From: Clostridia bacterium
GTDB taxonomy: Bacteria; Bacillota; Clostridia; UMGS1883
Assembly: GCA_045594665.1 (NCBI GenBank)
Contig: JAZNYX010000053.1
Span: forward strand, 71,833 to 135,832
Direction: 5' to 3'
Length of the DNA stretch: 64,000 nucleotides
Part shown: positions 39,685 through 50,250 of the stretch, one piece after another
How positions within the stretch are numbered: the stretch's first letter is position 1
Layout: each line of letters opens with the position of its first letter
Notes under the pieces: generated by a model
What the model saw: the letters and a program-made list of their open reading frames with translations, nothing else
Told to the model about the DNA's origin: nothing
Database searches by the model: none
Position numbers and translations under genes: made by a program

Positions 39685-40320
39685 ATGAATAAGAAAAATC
39701 TTTCCAGACAGGCACTGAAAAGACTGCCTGTATATATGTCGTATCTGAAGACATTAGAAAAAACGGAAACGGAATACGTATCATCTGCCGCCGTGGCACA
39801 GGCACTTGACCTTAATGATGTGCAGGTAAGAAAGGACTTGGCGGCAGTTTGCAAAAGCTCGGGGATTCCCAAGCGAGGCTTTGCCGTGCGTGACCTTATA
39901 AACGGGATTTCTGACTTTTTAGGATACGGCAGCGGAAATGACGCAATACTTATAGGTGCGGGGAATTTAGGAATGGCGCTGATGAGTTACCGTGGCTTTG
40001 ATAACTATGGTATAAATATTGTAGCGGCGTTTGACACCCGCCCCGAGGTGATTGATAACGAAAGAGTATATGAGCTTTCGCAAATCAAGGAAATTTGTAA
40101 AAAGCAGGATATAAAAATCGGTATAATTACAGTTCCCGGAGATTCAGCGCAGAGGGTGTGCGACATGCTTGTTGAGAGTGGTATTCTGGCAATATGGAAT
40201 TTTGCACCCACTCATATAAAAGCACCTGCCAACATTTTGGTGCAGAACGAAAATATGGCATCGTCACTGGCACTTCTTTCAAATCACCTCAGACAGAAAA
40301 TGTCAGCCGAAAGAGAGTAG
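39685..40320 (+). CDS. rex: Redox-sensing repressor Rex
   Basis: RLPVY, QVRKDL, IGAGNLG, IWNFAP. Confidence 0.93.
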   Translation: MNKKNLSRQALKRLPVYMSYLKTLEKTETEYVSSAAVAQALDLNDVQVRKDLAAVCKSSGIPKRGFAVRDLINGISDFLGYGSGNDAILIGAGNLGMALMSYRGFDNYGINIVAAFDTRPEVIDNERVYELSQIKEICKKQDIKIGIITVPGDSAQRVCDMLVESGILAIWNFAPTHIKAPANILVQNENMASSLALLSNHLRQKMSAERE

Positions 40321-40329
40321 GAAAAATAA

Positions 40330-41250
40330 ATGAACACATTACATCTTAAGTACATTATTGAGGTGGAAAAAACAGGGTCAATATCCAAAGCCGCGGAAAA
40401 TCTTTACATGAATCAGCCGCAGCTTTCAAAGGCTATACGTGAGCTTGAGGAATCGGTGGGAATTTCGATTTTCAAAAGAAGCTCAAAGGGTGTAGTGCCT
40501 ACAACTGTAGGTGCAGAATTTATTATGGATGCAAAGGGAATTATAGCACAGCTTCAGCGTCTGGAAATCATGTATAACCCCAAGAAAAGTGAAATGGTTA
40601 CACTCAATGTGGCATCGTCACGCTGTGAGTATATTTCGGAGGCGTTCACACTTTTTCTTCAGAAAATAAAAAATGAATCAAAGGAGAAAATAACCTTCAG
40701 AGAAACCAATACCATGCGTGCAATAAAGAATGTTGCCACAGGCGAGAATAACTTAGGAATTATAAAATATAATACCGCCTATGAGCAATATTTTACGCAG
40801 ATACTGGAGGAAAGAGAGCTTCAATATGAAACTCTCTGGGAATATGACGAGCTTGTTGCCGTATCTGCGAAAAGTAAGCTGGCAAAGCTTTCTTTGGCGG
40901 AGGAAAGTCGGCTTGAAGGAATGACGCAGATTCTTTTCGGGGACAATATTATGCATTACGGTCGGTCCGCACGCAGTGTCAAGTCGGCTCGCGAAGCTGA
41001 TAATATGCATCACATTTTTGTGTATGAGAGAGAGGGCATGAAAAGTGCTTTGCTTGGTGACGAATGTGCATATGCCCGAATAACACCGCCCCCTAAAGGA
41101 TATTATGATGAAAACAAAATCTTAACTATTCCCCTGAAAAGTGACGACAGTAAATACAAGGATGTGCTTTTCTACAGGAAGGATTACAAAAAAAGCGAGA
41201 CTGACAGTCTCTTTATACAGACCCTTAAAGATGTAATAGCTACATTATAA
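40330..41250 (+). CDS. LysR-family transcriptional regulator
   Basis: GSISKAAENLYMNQPQLSKAIRELE..IFKRSSKGV. Confidence 0.92.
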   Translation: MNTLHLKYIIEVEKTGSISKAAENLYMNQPQLSKAIRELEESVGISIFKRSSKGVVPTTVGAEFIMDAKGIIAQLQRLEIMYNPKKSEMVTLNVASSRCEYISEAFTLFLQKIKNESKEKITFRETNTMRAIKNVATGENNLGIIKYNTAYEQYFTQILEERELQYETLWEYDELVAVSAKSKLAKLSLAEESRLEGMTQILFGDNIMHYGRSARSVKSAREADNMHHIFVYEREGMKSALLGDECAYARITPPPKGYYDENKILTIPLKSDDSKYKDVLFYRKDYKKSETDSLFIQTLKDVIATL

Positions 41251-41254
41251 ATAT

Positions 41255-41295
41255 AAAAAAAGCTCTGTTTGTAAAATTACAACAGAGCTTTTTTT
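41255..41295 (+). terminator. Intrinsic terminator
   Basis: AAAAAAAGCTCTGTT/AACAGAGCTTTTTTT. Confidence 0.8.
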
Positions 41296-41319
41296 ATATA
41301 ATAACAACAAGCACAAAAG

Positions 41320-41602
41320 TCAGGTTTTTGCAGGTTTTGAGCTGACTACCGAGAAATCGCTCGTATCATTTTCCACTGCTGACGAGCAATTTCAGGCGGA
41401 ACAGGGAATGGGTTTCCCTTTGGAGCCGGCGGTACAAAGGCTTAAAATCCTCAAAAACAAAACTCTGCTATCTAAAAGATTAGGGAAGGGTGTTTCTTGG
41501 AGCCGAATGGCAGCGTTTTAGGGGTTTGGGGAATCGCAACCCCAAAACTTTTGGTTCTTTTGGTTACAAAAGAACATAAGGCTTCGTGCTTCCGCGAAAA
41601 TT
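41320..41602 (+). repeat. Structured intergenic repeat family 1, copy 2
   Basis: Long shared tracts with 3354-3678, e.g. CAGGGAATGGGTTTCCCTTTGGAGCCGGCGGTACAAAGGCTTAAAATCC. Confidence 0.85.
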
Positions 41603-41758
41603 GGATAACCTTCTCAAAGTTAAATTTTGGGTCTTTTAATTGCAAAAAAACAACAAATTGGTAATGCTATATCGATAAATGAATAACGATATATAAAAAA
41701 AGCATCTTCACAAACGAAAAAACTGCCGTTATAATAATGCCATGATATATTAAATCAT

Positions 41759-41790
41759 TAGCCAACGGAGATTCGACTCCCCGTTGGCTA
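41759..41790. repeat. Miniature TAGCC..GGCTA element (family 3) in the adhE 5' UTR
   Basis: TAGCCAACGG-agattcgactcc-CCGTTGGCTA resembles both ends of 45199-45474. Confidence 0.55.
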
Positions 41791-41805
41791 CAGAAAGGAA
41801 CTATT

Positions 41806-44418
41806 ATGATGAGCAAAGAAAGAATTATAATTGACAGCGTAGAAAAGCTCGAAGCCCAGCTTATAAACATTCGCAACATTCAGAAAACCTTTGCCTCCTT
41901 TACTCAGGAGCAGGTTGATAAAATTTTCCTTGCAGCGGCTACTGCGGCAAACAGAGAGCGTATCTCTCTTGCCAAAATGGCGGTAGAAGAAACGGGAATG
42001 GGTGTTGTAGAGGATAAAGTTATCAAAAATCACTATGCGGCAGAATATATCTATAATGCCTACAAGGACACAAAAACCTGCGGTATTATTGAGGAGGATA
42101 AGGCATACGGCACAACAAAAATTGCCGAGCCTATCGGCGTAATCGCCGCGGTTATTCCTACCACAAATCCCACCTCAACCGCGATTTTCAAATGCCTTAT
42201 CGCACTTAAGACAAGAAACGCAATTGTTATCAGCCCCCACCCAAGGGCGAAGAACAGCACTATTGCGGCGGCAAAGATTGTGCTTGATGCCGCAGTAAAA
42301 GCAGGTGCACCCGAGGGCATCATAAGCTGGATTGATGTTCCGAGCCTCGATATGACAAATACAGTTATGAAAGAAGCCGATATTATCCTTGCCACAGGCG
42401 GTCCCGGCATGGTAAAGGCGGCATATTCCAGCGGAAAGCCTGCCCTCGGCGTTGGTGCAGGTAACACCCCTGCAATCATCGATGAAAGTGCCGACATTCT
42501 TATGGCGGTAAACTCAATTATTCATTCCAAAACCTTTGATAACGGTATGATTTGTGCCTCTGAGCAAAGTGTTATCGTGGAAAAGAGCATTTATGACAAG
42601 GTAAAGAAGGAATTTGCGGACAGAGGATGCTATTTCCTGAAGGATGATGAAATCGAAAAGGTAAGAAAGACCATTATTATAAACGGTGCTCTTAATGCGA
42701 AAATTGTAGGTCAGAAAGCACATACAATTGCTTCTCTTGCAGGTGTAGAAGTTCCCGAAAATACAAAAATCCTCATCGGTGAGGTTGAAAGCGTGGAGCT
42801 TTCCGAGGAGTTTGCACATGAAAAGCTTTCACCCGTTCTTGCAATGTATAAGGCAGAAAATTTTGCCGATGCACTTGATAAGGCTGAAAAGCTTGTAGAG
42901 GACGGCGGATTTGGTCATACTGCTTCTCTTTATGTGGATGCGGTAACAAAGAGAGAGCTTATAGAGGAATTTTCTCTCCGTATGAAAGCATGTCGTATTC
43001 TTGTAAATACCCCCTCATCTCACGGCGGTATCGGTGACCTTTATAACTTTAAGCTCGCTCCCTCTCTTACACTTGGTTGCGGCTCGTGGGGCGGTAACTC
43101 GGTTTCCGAAAATGTTGGTGTTAAACACCTTCTCAACATTAAAACAGTTGCAGAAAGAAGGGAAAATATGCTTTGGTTCAGAGCGCCTGAAAAAATCTAT
43201 ATCAAGAAAGGTTGCCTCCCCGTTGCTCTTGATGAGCTTAAGAGCGTTATGGGCAAAAAGAGGGCCTTCATCGTAACAGACACATTCCTTTATGAAAACG
43301 GATATACAAAGGCAATCACAGACAAGCTTGACGAAATGGGCATAGCTCATACAACATTCTTTGATGTACAGCCTGATCCTACACTTCTTAACGCTAAGAA
43401 CGGTGCGGCACAAATGGCTGCATTCAAGCCCGATACAATCATTGCTCTCGGCGGCGGCAGTGCAATGGATGCGGCAAAAATCATGTGGGTAATGTACGAG
43501 CATCCCGAAGCTGATTTCATGGATATGGCAATGCGATTCATAGACATCAGAAAGAGAGTATACACATTCCCCAAAATGGGCGAGAAGGCATACTTTATAG
43601 CAATTCCCACATCAGCAGGTACAGGCAGTGAGGTAACACCCTTTGCCGTTATTACAGACGAGGAAACAGGCGTTAAGTATCCCCTTGCGGATTACGAGCT
43701 TCTTCCCAACATGGCAATTATTGATACGGATTTCCATATGTCTGCTCCAAAGGGACTGACAGCGGCAAGCGGTATCGATGCAGTAACACATGCCCTTGAA
43801 GCATATGTGTCAATGCTTGCAACGGATTACACGGATTCTCTTGCATTAGGCTCTCTTAAAACAGTATTTGAATATCTTCCCCGTGCATATGAAAATGGTC
43901 AGACAGACGTAAAGGCACGTGAAAAAATGGCTAATGCCGCTACAATGGCAGGTATGGCATTTGCAAATGCTTTCCTGGGCGTATGCCACTCTATGGCACA
44001 TAAGTTAGGTAGCTTCCACCACCTTCCTCACGGCGTAGCAAATGCCCTTATGATTGAAGAAGTACTTCGCTTCAATGCTTCCGAAACCCCTGTTAAGATG
44101 GGTACATTCTCACAGTACGACCATCCTCATACGCTTGCACGTTACGCTCAGGTCGCAGAGCATCTTGGCGTAAAGGGTAAGACAGACGAGGATAAATTCC
44201 AGGGGCTTATCAAGCTTATCCGCGAACTTAAAGAGAAGGTTGGCGTAAAGAGGTGCATCCGTGACTACGGCATTGATGAAAAGAACTTCCTTGAAAACCT
44301 TGATGAAATGACCGAGCAGGCATTTGATGACCAGTGTACAGGTGCAAATCCCCGCTATCCTCTTATGAGCGAAATCAGAGAGATGTATCTTAATGCATAT
44401 TACGGAGGTGCTCAGTAA
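41806..44418 (+). CDS. adhE: Bifunctional acetaldehyde-CoA/alcohol dehydrogenase
   Basis: TFDNGMICASEQ, GCGSWGGNS linker, GGGSAMD, HSMAHKLG. Confidence 0.97.
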   Translation: MMSKERIIIDSVEKLEAQLINIRNIQKTFASFTQEQVDKIFLAAATAANRERISLAKMAVEETGMGVVEDKVIKNHYAAEYIYNAYKDTKTCGIIEEDKAYGTTKIAEPIGVIAAVIPTTNPTSTAIFKCLIALKTRNAIVISPHPRAKNSTIAAAKIVLDAAVKAGAPEGIISWIDVPSLDMTNTVMKEADIILATGGPGMVKAAYSSGKPALGVGAGNTPAIIDESADILMAVNSIIHSKTFDNGMICASEQSVIVEKSIYDKVKKEFADRGCYFLKDDEIEKVRKTIIINGALNAKIVGQKAHTIASLAGVEVPENTKILIGEVESVELSEEFAHEKLSPVLAMYKAENFADALDKAEKLVEDGGFGHTASLYVDAVTKRELIEEFSLRMKACRILVNTPSSHGGIGDLYNFKLAPSLTLGCGSWGGNSVSENVGVKHLLNIKTVAERRENMLWFRAPEKIYIKKGCLPVALDELKSVMGKKRAFIVTDTFLYENGYTKAITDKLDEMGIAHTTFFDVQPDPTLLNAKNGAAQMAAFKPDTIIALGGGSAMDAAKIMWVMYEHPEADFMDMAMRFIDIRKRVYTFPKMGEKAYFIAIPTSAGTGSEVTPFAVITDEETGVKYPLADYELLPNMAIIDTDFHMSAPKGLTAASGIDAVTHALEAYVSMLATDYTDSLALGSLKTVFEYLPRAYENGQTDVKAREKMANAATMAGMAFANAFLGVCHSMAHKLGSFHHLPHGVANALMIEEVLRFNASETPVKMGTFSQYDHPHTLARYAQVAEHLGVKGKTDEDKFQGLIKLIRELKEKVGVKRCIRDYGIDEKNFLENLDEMTEQAFDDQCTGANPRYPLMSEIREMYLNAYYGGAQ

Positions 44419-45158
44419 TGAAAGTTATATTTGAAAGACCCGATAAAACTATATATCGTGACGGTGACTTTACCGTTAAGGTGTTCCACGAAAATTATTC
44501 AAAAGCCAATGTCCTTAACGAAGCCCTTAATCAGGCTCGTGTTGAAGAAACGGGGCTTAAAGTTCCCAAGCTTCACGAGGTAAAGAAAATTGACGGAAAA
44601 TGGGCAATTGTAACCGATTATATCGAGGGTAAAACTCTCGAAGAGCTTATGTGCGAAAACCCCGATAAAATGGACGAATATATCGAAAGACTGGTAGATA
44701 TTCAGACCGAAGTGCTTTCTTACAAGGTTACACATCTTAACAAGCTCAGAGACAAGATGCATTCCAAAATATCCTCTGCGGATATTAATGCGACAATCCG
44801 CTATGAGCTTCATACCCGCCTTGACGCTACTCCCAAGCATAACAAGGTGTGCCACGGGGATTTTCATCCCTCCAATATAATCATCACGGAAAATGATGAA
44901 GCATACATTATCGACTGGGCGCATGTAACCCGTGGTAACGGTGCGGCAGATGCGGCAAGAGTATATCTTCTCTTTACTCTTGAAGGCAAAAAAGCGGCTG
45001 CAGAAAAGTATCTTGAGCTTTTCTGCACAAAAACCGACACTGCAAAGCAGTATGTTCAGAAATGGATGCCCATTGTTGCGGCTTCTCAGCTTACAAAGGG
45101 TATTGAATCCGAAAAAGAGCTTCTTAATAGCTGGATAGATGTAGTAGATTACGAATAA
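44418..45158 (+). CDS. APH/choline kinase-like phosphotransferase
   Basis: CHGDFHPSNI and IIDW motifs; coupled to adhE by TAATG overlap. Confidence 0.85.
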   Translation: MKVIFERPDKTIYRDGDFTVKVFHENYSKANVLNEALNQARVEETGLKVPKLHEVKKIDGKWAIVTDYIEGKTLEELMCENPDKMDEYIERLVDIQTEVLSYKVTHLNKLRDKMHSKISSADINATIRYELHTRLDATPKHNKVCHGDFHPSNIIITENDEAYIIDWAHVTRGNGAADAARVYLLFTLEGKKAAAEKYLELFCTKTDTAKQYVQKWMPIVAASQLTKGIESEKELLNSWIDVVDYE

Positions 45159-45192
45159 TGAAAACACCTGCCACTCAGGCAGGTGTTTTCAT
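45158..45192 (+). terminator. Intrinsic terminator
   Basis: ATGAAAACACCTGCC-actca-GGCAGGTGTTTTCAT. Confidence 0.8.
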
Positions 45193-45198
45193 TGTAGT

Positions 45199-45474
45199 TA
45201 GCCGACGGGGAGCCGAACCCCATACGCCCTGACTTGACAAATCCCCATAATACGGATTTGTCAGTTTTGAAGGGCGACAGCCCATCTGCAACTTCCGCAT
45301 CCGTCTTATGAAAATTTTCCTGCGTCAGGGTTCGCAGAAGTTTTAAGAGGATGAATTTTTCTCAAGAGAAGGCAAAATACGCAGATAATACTTTCGTATT
45401 TTCAAGGATTTTAACGCACTATTGGGGAAAATTCACCTCTTAAAACCGTGTGGGGTTCGGCTCCCCGTCGGCTA
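45199..45474. mobile_element. MITE-like element, family 3
   Basis: Terminal IR TAGCCGACGGGGAGCCGAACCCCA/TGGGGTTCGGCTCCCCGTCGGCTA, 276 bp. Confidence 0.75.
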
Positions 45475-45511
45475 GACTTTGTTTGGCCGCAAGGAACAGG
45501 AATGTGCAAAT

Positions 45512-45672
45512 AAAAAAGTGCACCAACAAAGTTGATGCACCGAAAAATGCACACCCTGTCTGATGCGACTCAAACTGAATTTTACACCTTCGTTGTATGC
45601 GTAAAAGAGCATGCATTTTTACCGAAATAAAAATACATACAACAAAGGTTAACACTATTCAATTTGAGTCGC
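45512..45672 (-). ncRNA. Unassigned structured RNA, copy C (no downstream ORF)
   Basis: Rod GCGACTCAAATTGAAT/ATTCAGTTTGAGTCGC; motif TGCATTTTTCGGTGCAT; terminator GTGCATCAAC/GTTGGTGCAC followed by T6. Confidence 0.7.
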
Positions 45673-45678
45673 AGGATG

Positions 45679-45707
45679 ATTATAACACATAAAGTAAAAT
45701 CTGTCAA
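45679..45707 (-). promoter_or_regulatory. Consensus sigma-A promoter for RNA copy C
   Basis: TTGACA-17-TATAAT with TG extension. Confidence 0.85.
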
Positions 45708-45906
45708 TGAGAAGTGAATTAAAGCAACAAAAAACAGAAAAAAACAAATTAATACCCCAAAAAACATGAAAAATTGTGTAAAATTGCCTAAAATCGACGT
45801 AAAAATTCTCGCATTTTTTGGTTAAATTTCCCTAAAATCGTTTGACTAATTGAAAAATATTTGGTAAAATAATAAAAAGAGAAAAATATCAAGCGGAGGC
45901 GTATTA

Positions 45907-47829
45907 ATGACAACCAAGAAAAAAGACACAGTTAAGAACGAAAATCCATTTATATCTACCTCTCAGCTTGCTCAGTTTAATAACGGAACGAATTTCAGAG
46001 TTTATGAATTCATGGGAGCCATTCCGTCAGAAATCTACGGCGAGCGTGGGTACAGTTTTGCCGTGTGGGCACCCAATGCCAAAAGCGTAAGCGTTGTGGG
46101 TGATTTTAACGGATGGGACACTACCATGCATCCCATGAATCCTCAGGGAAGTTCGGGTGTGTGGCACTGCTTTATTAAAAATGTGAAAGAAGGGCAGTGC
46201 TATAAATTTTATATAGAAACAAAAGACGGCTCGGCTGTATATAAAGCAGACCCCTATGCACGCCTTGCACAGCTGCCGCCGGAAACGGCGTCTGTCACAT
46301 ACGATATTTCCGGATTTAAATGGACTGATGATAGCTGGATGAAGAAAAGGGCAGAAAGCTCTCCCTATCATAGACCCATGCTGATTTATGAAATGCATTT
46401 GGGAAGCTGGCGTACTAAGAGTGACGGCTCATTAAAAAATTATACCGAGGCGGCAGATGAGCTTTGCAGCTATCTTAAGGAAATGAGCTATACACATGTG
46501 GAGCTTATGCCTCTTACGGAATTTCCCTTTGACGGAAGCTGGGGCTATCAGGTAACGGGCTATTTTGCCTCTACCAGCCGTTACGGAACTCCCAAGGAAT
46601 TTATGTATTTTGTGAATAAATGCCATGAAAACGGCATAAGTGTTATTATGGACTGGGTTCCCGCACACTTCCCCCGTGACGCTTATGGGCTTGCAAAATT
46701 TGACGGAACGCCTATATACGAATACCCCAATCCCCTTAAAGGCGAGCATAAAGAATGGGGGACATTGGTATTTGACTATGGCAGAGAGGAAGTAGTTTCG
46801 TTCTTGCTTTCAAGTGCATTCTACTGGCTCGATATGTTCCATATAGACGGACTGAGGGTGGATGCTGTTTCAAGTATGCTTTATCTGGACTATGGCAGAC
46901 AGGAGTATATGCCCAATAAATACGGCGGCAAGGAGAATTTGGAGGCAATTGAGTTCTTGCAAAGGCTTAACGTGCTTGCTTTCGAGCATTACCCCAATAT
47001 CCTCATGATTGCCGAGGAATCCACCGCATGGCCGAAAGTGACCAAGCCTGTAAGTGATGGCGGACTGGGATTTAACTTTAAGTGGAACATGGGCTGGATG
47101 AATGATATGCTCAGGTATATGAGCATGGACCCCTATTTCAGGCGTGATAATCACAATCTGCTGACTTTTTCCATGATGTATGCCTTTTCTGAAAACTATA
47201 TACTGCCTCTGTCCCATGATGAGGTTGTACACGGAAAAGGTTCTCTTATACAGAAGATGTCCGGGCTTTACGGGCAGAAGTTTGATTCCCTGCGTGCATT
47301 CATGATGTTTAAGATGGCACATCCGGGTAAAAAGCTTTTGTTTATGGGCGGTGAGATAGCACAGTTTATAGAATGGCGCTATTATGAACAGCTTGAATGG
47401 AATCTGCTTGATATGGAAAAGCATAGAGAGTACCATGAGTTCATGAAGGAGCTTAACCGCTTTTATAATGAGAACAAGCCCTTCTGGGAAATTGAGGACA
47501 GCTGGGACGGCTTTGAATGGATAAATGCCGATGACCGTGACAGAAGTGTGGTTTCATTCGTAAGGCGGGGTAAGAAAAAAACCGACGAGGTGATTGTGGT
47601 TTGTAACTTCACTCCCGTTGAGTATAAGAACTATGTTGTCGGAGTGCCGAGACCGGGTATATATACCGAGGTGCTTTCAAGTGACAGCACTAAGTTTGGC
47701 GGAAGCGGTATGAAAATCAAACCAATTTCAGCTAAGAAGAAGGCGCAAAATACAATGCCCTACAGCATTGAGGTGGATATTCCGCCAATGAGTGCATTCT
47801 ACTTAAAGAGAAGCCGCATAAAAAAATAA
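45907..47829 (+). CDS. glgB: 1,4-alpha-glucan branching enzyme
   Basis: FAVWAPNA, SWGYQ, DGLRVDAV, IAEEST, LSHDEVVHGK. Confidence 0.96.
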   Translation: MTTKKKDTVKNENPFISTSQLAQFNNGTNFRVYEFMGAIPSEIYGERGYSFAVWAPNAKSVSVVGDFNGWDTTMHPMNPQGSSGVWHCFIKNVKEGQCYKFYIETKDGSAVYKADPYARLAQLPPETASVTYDISGFKWTDDSWMKKRAESSPYHRPMLIYEMHLGSWRTKSDGSLKNYTEAADELCSYLKEMSYTHVELMPLTEFPFDGSWGYQVTGYFASTSRYGTPKEFMYFVNKCHENGISVIMDWVPAHFPRDAYGLAKFDGTPIYEYPNPLKGEHKEWGTLVFDYGREEVVSFLLSSAFYWLDMFHIDGLRVDAVSSMLYLDYGRQEYMPNKYGGKENLEAIEFLQRLNVLAFEHYPNILMIAEESTAWPKVTKPVSDGGLGFNFKWNMGWMNDMLRYMSMDPYFRRDNHNLLTFSMMYAFSENYILPLSHDEVVHGKGSLIQKMSGLYGQKFDSLRAFMMFKMAHPGKKLLFMGGEIAQFIEWRYYEQLEWNLLDMEKHREYHEFMKELNRFYNENKPFWEIEDSWDGFEWINADDRDRSVVSFVRRGKKKTDEVIVVCNFTPVEYKNYVVGVPRPGIYTEVLSSDSTKFGGSGMKIKPISAKKKAQNTMPYSIEVDIPPMSAFYLKRSRIKK

Positions 47830-47880
47830 CATTAATAATCGTGACATAATATGCCGCGTAGAAGAGAGGAAGGATTTTTA

Positions 47881-49107
47881 ATGAAAAAAGCCGAGTGTTT
47901 AGCAATGATACTTGCCGGTGGACAAGGAAGCCGACTTGGCGTGCTCACAAAATCAGTTGCAAAGCCTGCTGTACCCTTTGGAGGAAAGTACAGAATTATA
48001 GACTTTACTTTAAGCAACTGTATTCATTCAGGGATATATACGGTAGGCGTGCTTACGCAGTATCAGCCCCTGGAACTTAATACTTATATAGGAAGCGGAC
48101 ACCCCTGGGACCTTAACAGAAATTCCGGCGGCGTGTATGTGCTTCCGCCGTATCAGAGTGCAGAAAAGGGCGAGTGGTACAAAGGTACTGCCAACGCTAT
48201 TTATCAGAACATAGAATTTGTAGATAAGTTTAATCCCAAATATGTTGTGATTCTTTCCGGTGACCATATTTATAAGATGGACTATGCAAAAATGGTTGAC
48301 TATCACAAGCAGAAGAATGCCGATGCAACCATCGCAGTTATAGAAGTACCTTGGGAGGAAGCAAGCAGATTCGGTATCATGACAGCAGATGAAAACGGAA
48401 AAATTGTTGAGTTTGCAGAGAAACCGAAGGAGCCTAAGAGTAATCTTGCCTCCATGGGTGTTTATGTGTTCACTTGGGAAGTTCTTAAAAAGTATCTGCA
48501 AAACGATGAAAAAGACCCCGGCAGCTCCAACGACTTTGGTAAAAATATTATCCCCACAATGCTTAGTAACGGGGAAAATATGTGTGTCTACGCATTTGAC
48601 GGCTACTGGAAGGATGTAGGTACAGTTCAGAGCCTTTGGGAGGCAAATATGGATATTCTTGCCGACCCGCCGGCATTTGACCTATATGATAATAACTGGA
48701 AAATTTATTCCAGAAACCCCGTTAAGCCCCCTCAGTATATCGCTAAGGGTGCATCGGTTAATAACTGTTGCGTTACCGAAGGATGTAACGTTATGGGCAG
48801 TGTAAAGCACAGTATCCTATTTGAAGGAGTAACGGTGGAAAAGGGTGCAGTTGTAGAGGATTCCATTGTGTTCCCCGGAAGTATTATCCGTGAAGGAGCT
48901 ATTGTTAAAAAGGCTGTAATAGGCGAAGAAGCAGTAATAGGTAAAGGTGCGGTAATCGGTGATGAAAATACTGACAGCAGTGAGTACAGCAGCCCTTATT
49001 GCACAGGTGGAATTTCGCTTATCGGCGGAGGCGTTACAGTGCCCGACAATGAAAAAATCGGTGTAAATTCCATGGTCGCTCCGTTAGAGCAGAAGGGGGA
49101 GAACTAA
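47881..49107 (+). CDS. glgC: Glucose-1-phosphate adenylyltransferase
   Basis: [33 protein letters not shown]. Confidence 0.96.
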   Translation: MKKAECLAMILAGGQGSRLGVLTKSVAKPAVPFGGKYRIIDFTLSNCIHSGIYTVGVLTQYQPLELNTYIGSGHPWDLNRNSGGVYVLPPYQSAEKGEWYKGTANAIYQNIEFVDKFNPKYVVILSGDHIYKMDYAKMVDYHKQKNADATIAVIEVPWEEASRFGIMTADENGKIVEFAEKPKEPKSNLASMGVYVFTWEVLKKYLQNDEKDPGSSNDFGKNIIPTMLSNGENMCVYAFDGYWKDVGTVQSLWEANMDILADPPAFDLYDNNWKIYSRNPVKPPQYIAKGASVNNCCVTEGCNVMGSVKHSILFEGVTVEKGAVVEDSIVFPGSIIREGAIVKKAVIGEEAVIGKGAVIGDENTDSSEYSSPYCTGGISLIGGGVTVPDNEKIGVNSMVAPLEQKGEN

Positions 49108-49108
49108 G

Positions 49109-50227
49109 ATGAAAGATATGATGGGTATCATTATGGCGGATAACAGGGAGCTTCGGCTTAACGAGCTTACGGATTTAAGATCAGTTCCTGCACTCCCCTT
49201 TGGCGGAAGATACAGACTTATTGACTTTATTCTTTCAAACATGGTAAATTCAGGAATTATAAATGTAGGTGTTGCCACCAACATTAACTATTCCTCACTT
49301 ATGGACCACTTGGGAAGTGGGGCACCGTGGGATCTTAACAGAAAAATATACGGACTCTTTATGCTTCCTCCTTATGTAAGAGGCGGTGTAAGTGATATAA
49401 GTGCAGGAAGCGTTGATCAGCTTTACGGCGTACTTACTTTCCTTCGCAGAAGCCGTCAGCAGTACGTGCTTTTGGCATCGGGAAGAACTGTCTGCAATAT
49501 GACCTTTGATGCGGCACTCAGTCAGCACATAGAAAAGGGTGCAGACATTACCGTTATATACCACGACAAGAAAGAAAAGGATGAACAGCTCAGCCATAGT
49601 ACAGTCTACGAGGTTAATGAGGACGGCAGGGTAATAGGTATGGAAACAGAGCCTCATTTCCCCAAGACTACACTTCAGGGTATGGGAATGTTCATTATCG
49701 GAAGGCTTAAGCTTATTGAGCTTATCGAGGATGCTTATGCAAGAGGAAGTCACGATTTTGTCCGCGACCTTCTTCGTAATGCCGTAAAAACACTTAATGT
49801 TTACGGCTATGAGTATAAGGGCTTTGTGGGCACTGTAGACAGTGTGGGTTCCTATTACGAAGTAAATATGAAAATGCTCGATGCCGACGTGCGTAAAGAA
49901 ATTTTTGGGTCTGAAAACCGCATTTACACAAAGGTAAAGGACCAGGTTCCCACTAAGTATAAAGAAACGGCACAAATTTCCGATTCCCTTATTGCAGATG
50001 GTTGCGTAATTGAGGGAACGGTGGAAAACAGCATTATATTCAGAGGAGTTCATATTGCAAAGGGTGCTGTAGTGAAAAACAGTATTGTTATGCAAAACAG
50101 CGTCATTGAAGAAAACTGTGATATTGAAAATACAATTATTGATAAGGAATGTACTCTCCGTGCTTCCAAGAGGCTCGTTGGTCAGCCCAATTATCCCGTT
50201 ATTCTTCCCAAGAGAACTCTCTTGTAA
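49109..50227 (+). CDS. glgD: GlgD subunit of ADP-glucose pyrophosphorylase
   Basis: LPFGGRYRLIDF.LSNMVNSGI, lacks the GlgC N-terminal motif; follows glgC. Confidence 0.93.
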   Translation: MKDMMGIIMADNRELRLNELTDLRSVPALPFGGRYRLIDFILSNMVNSGIINVGVATNINYSSLMDHLGSGAPWDLNRKIYGLFMLPPYVRGGVSDISAGSVDQLYGVLTFLRRSRQQYVLLASGRTVCNMTFDAALSQHIEKGADITVIYHDKKEKDEQLSHSTVYEVNEDGRVIGMETEPHFPKTTLQGMGMFIIGRLKLIELIEDAYARGSHDFVRDLLRNAVKTLNVYGYEYKGFVGTVDSVGSYYEVNMKMLDADVRKEIFGSENRIYTKVKDQVPTKYKETAQISDSLIADGCVIEGTVENSIIFRGVHIAKGAVVKNSIVMQNSVIEENCDIENTIIDKECTLRASKRLVGQPNYPVILPKRTLL

Positions 50228-50250
50228 GCTAAGGAAAGGAAAATATTTTT

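Noticed and set aside
41742-41758. ATGAT-N7-ATCAT as a Rex operator for adhE
   Set aside because: It is 17 bp and matches the 18-bp Rex consensus poorly; not supportable
45565-45672. 6S or SRP RNA assignment for the long rods
   Set aside because: Three dissimilar copies, and I could not find the SRP domain IV loop or a 6S-like large central bubble; an Rfam scan is still needed
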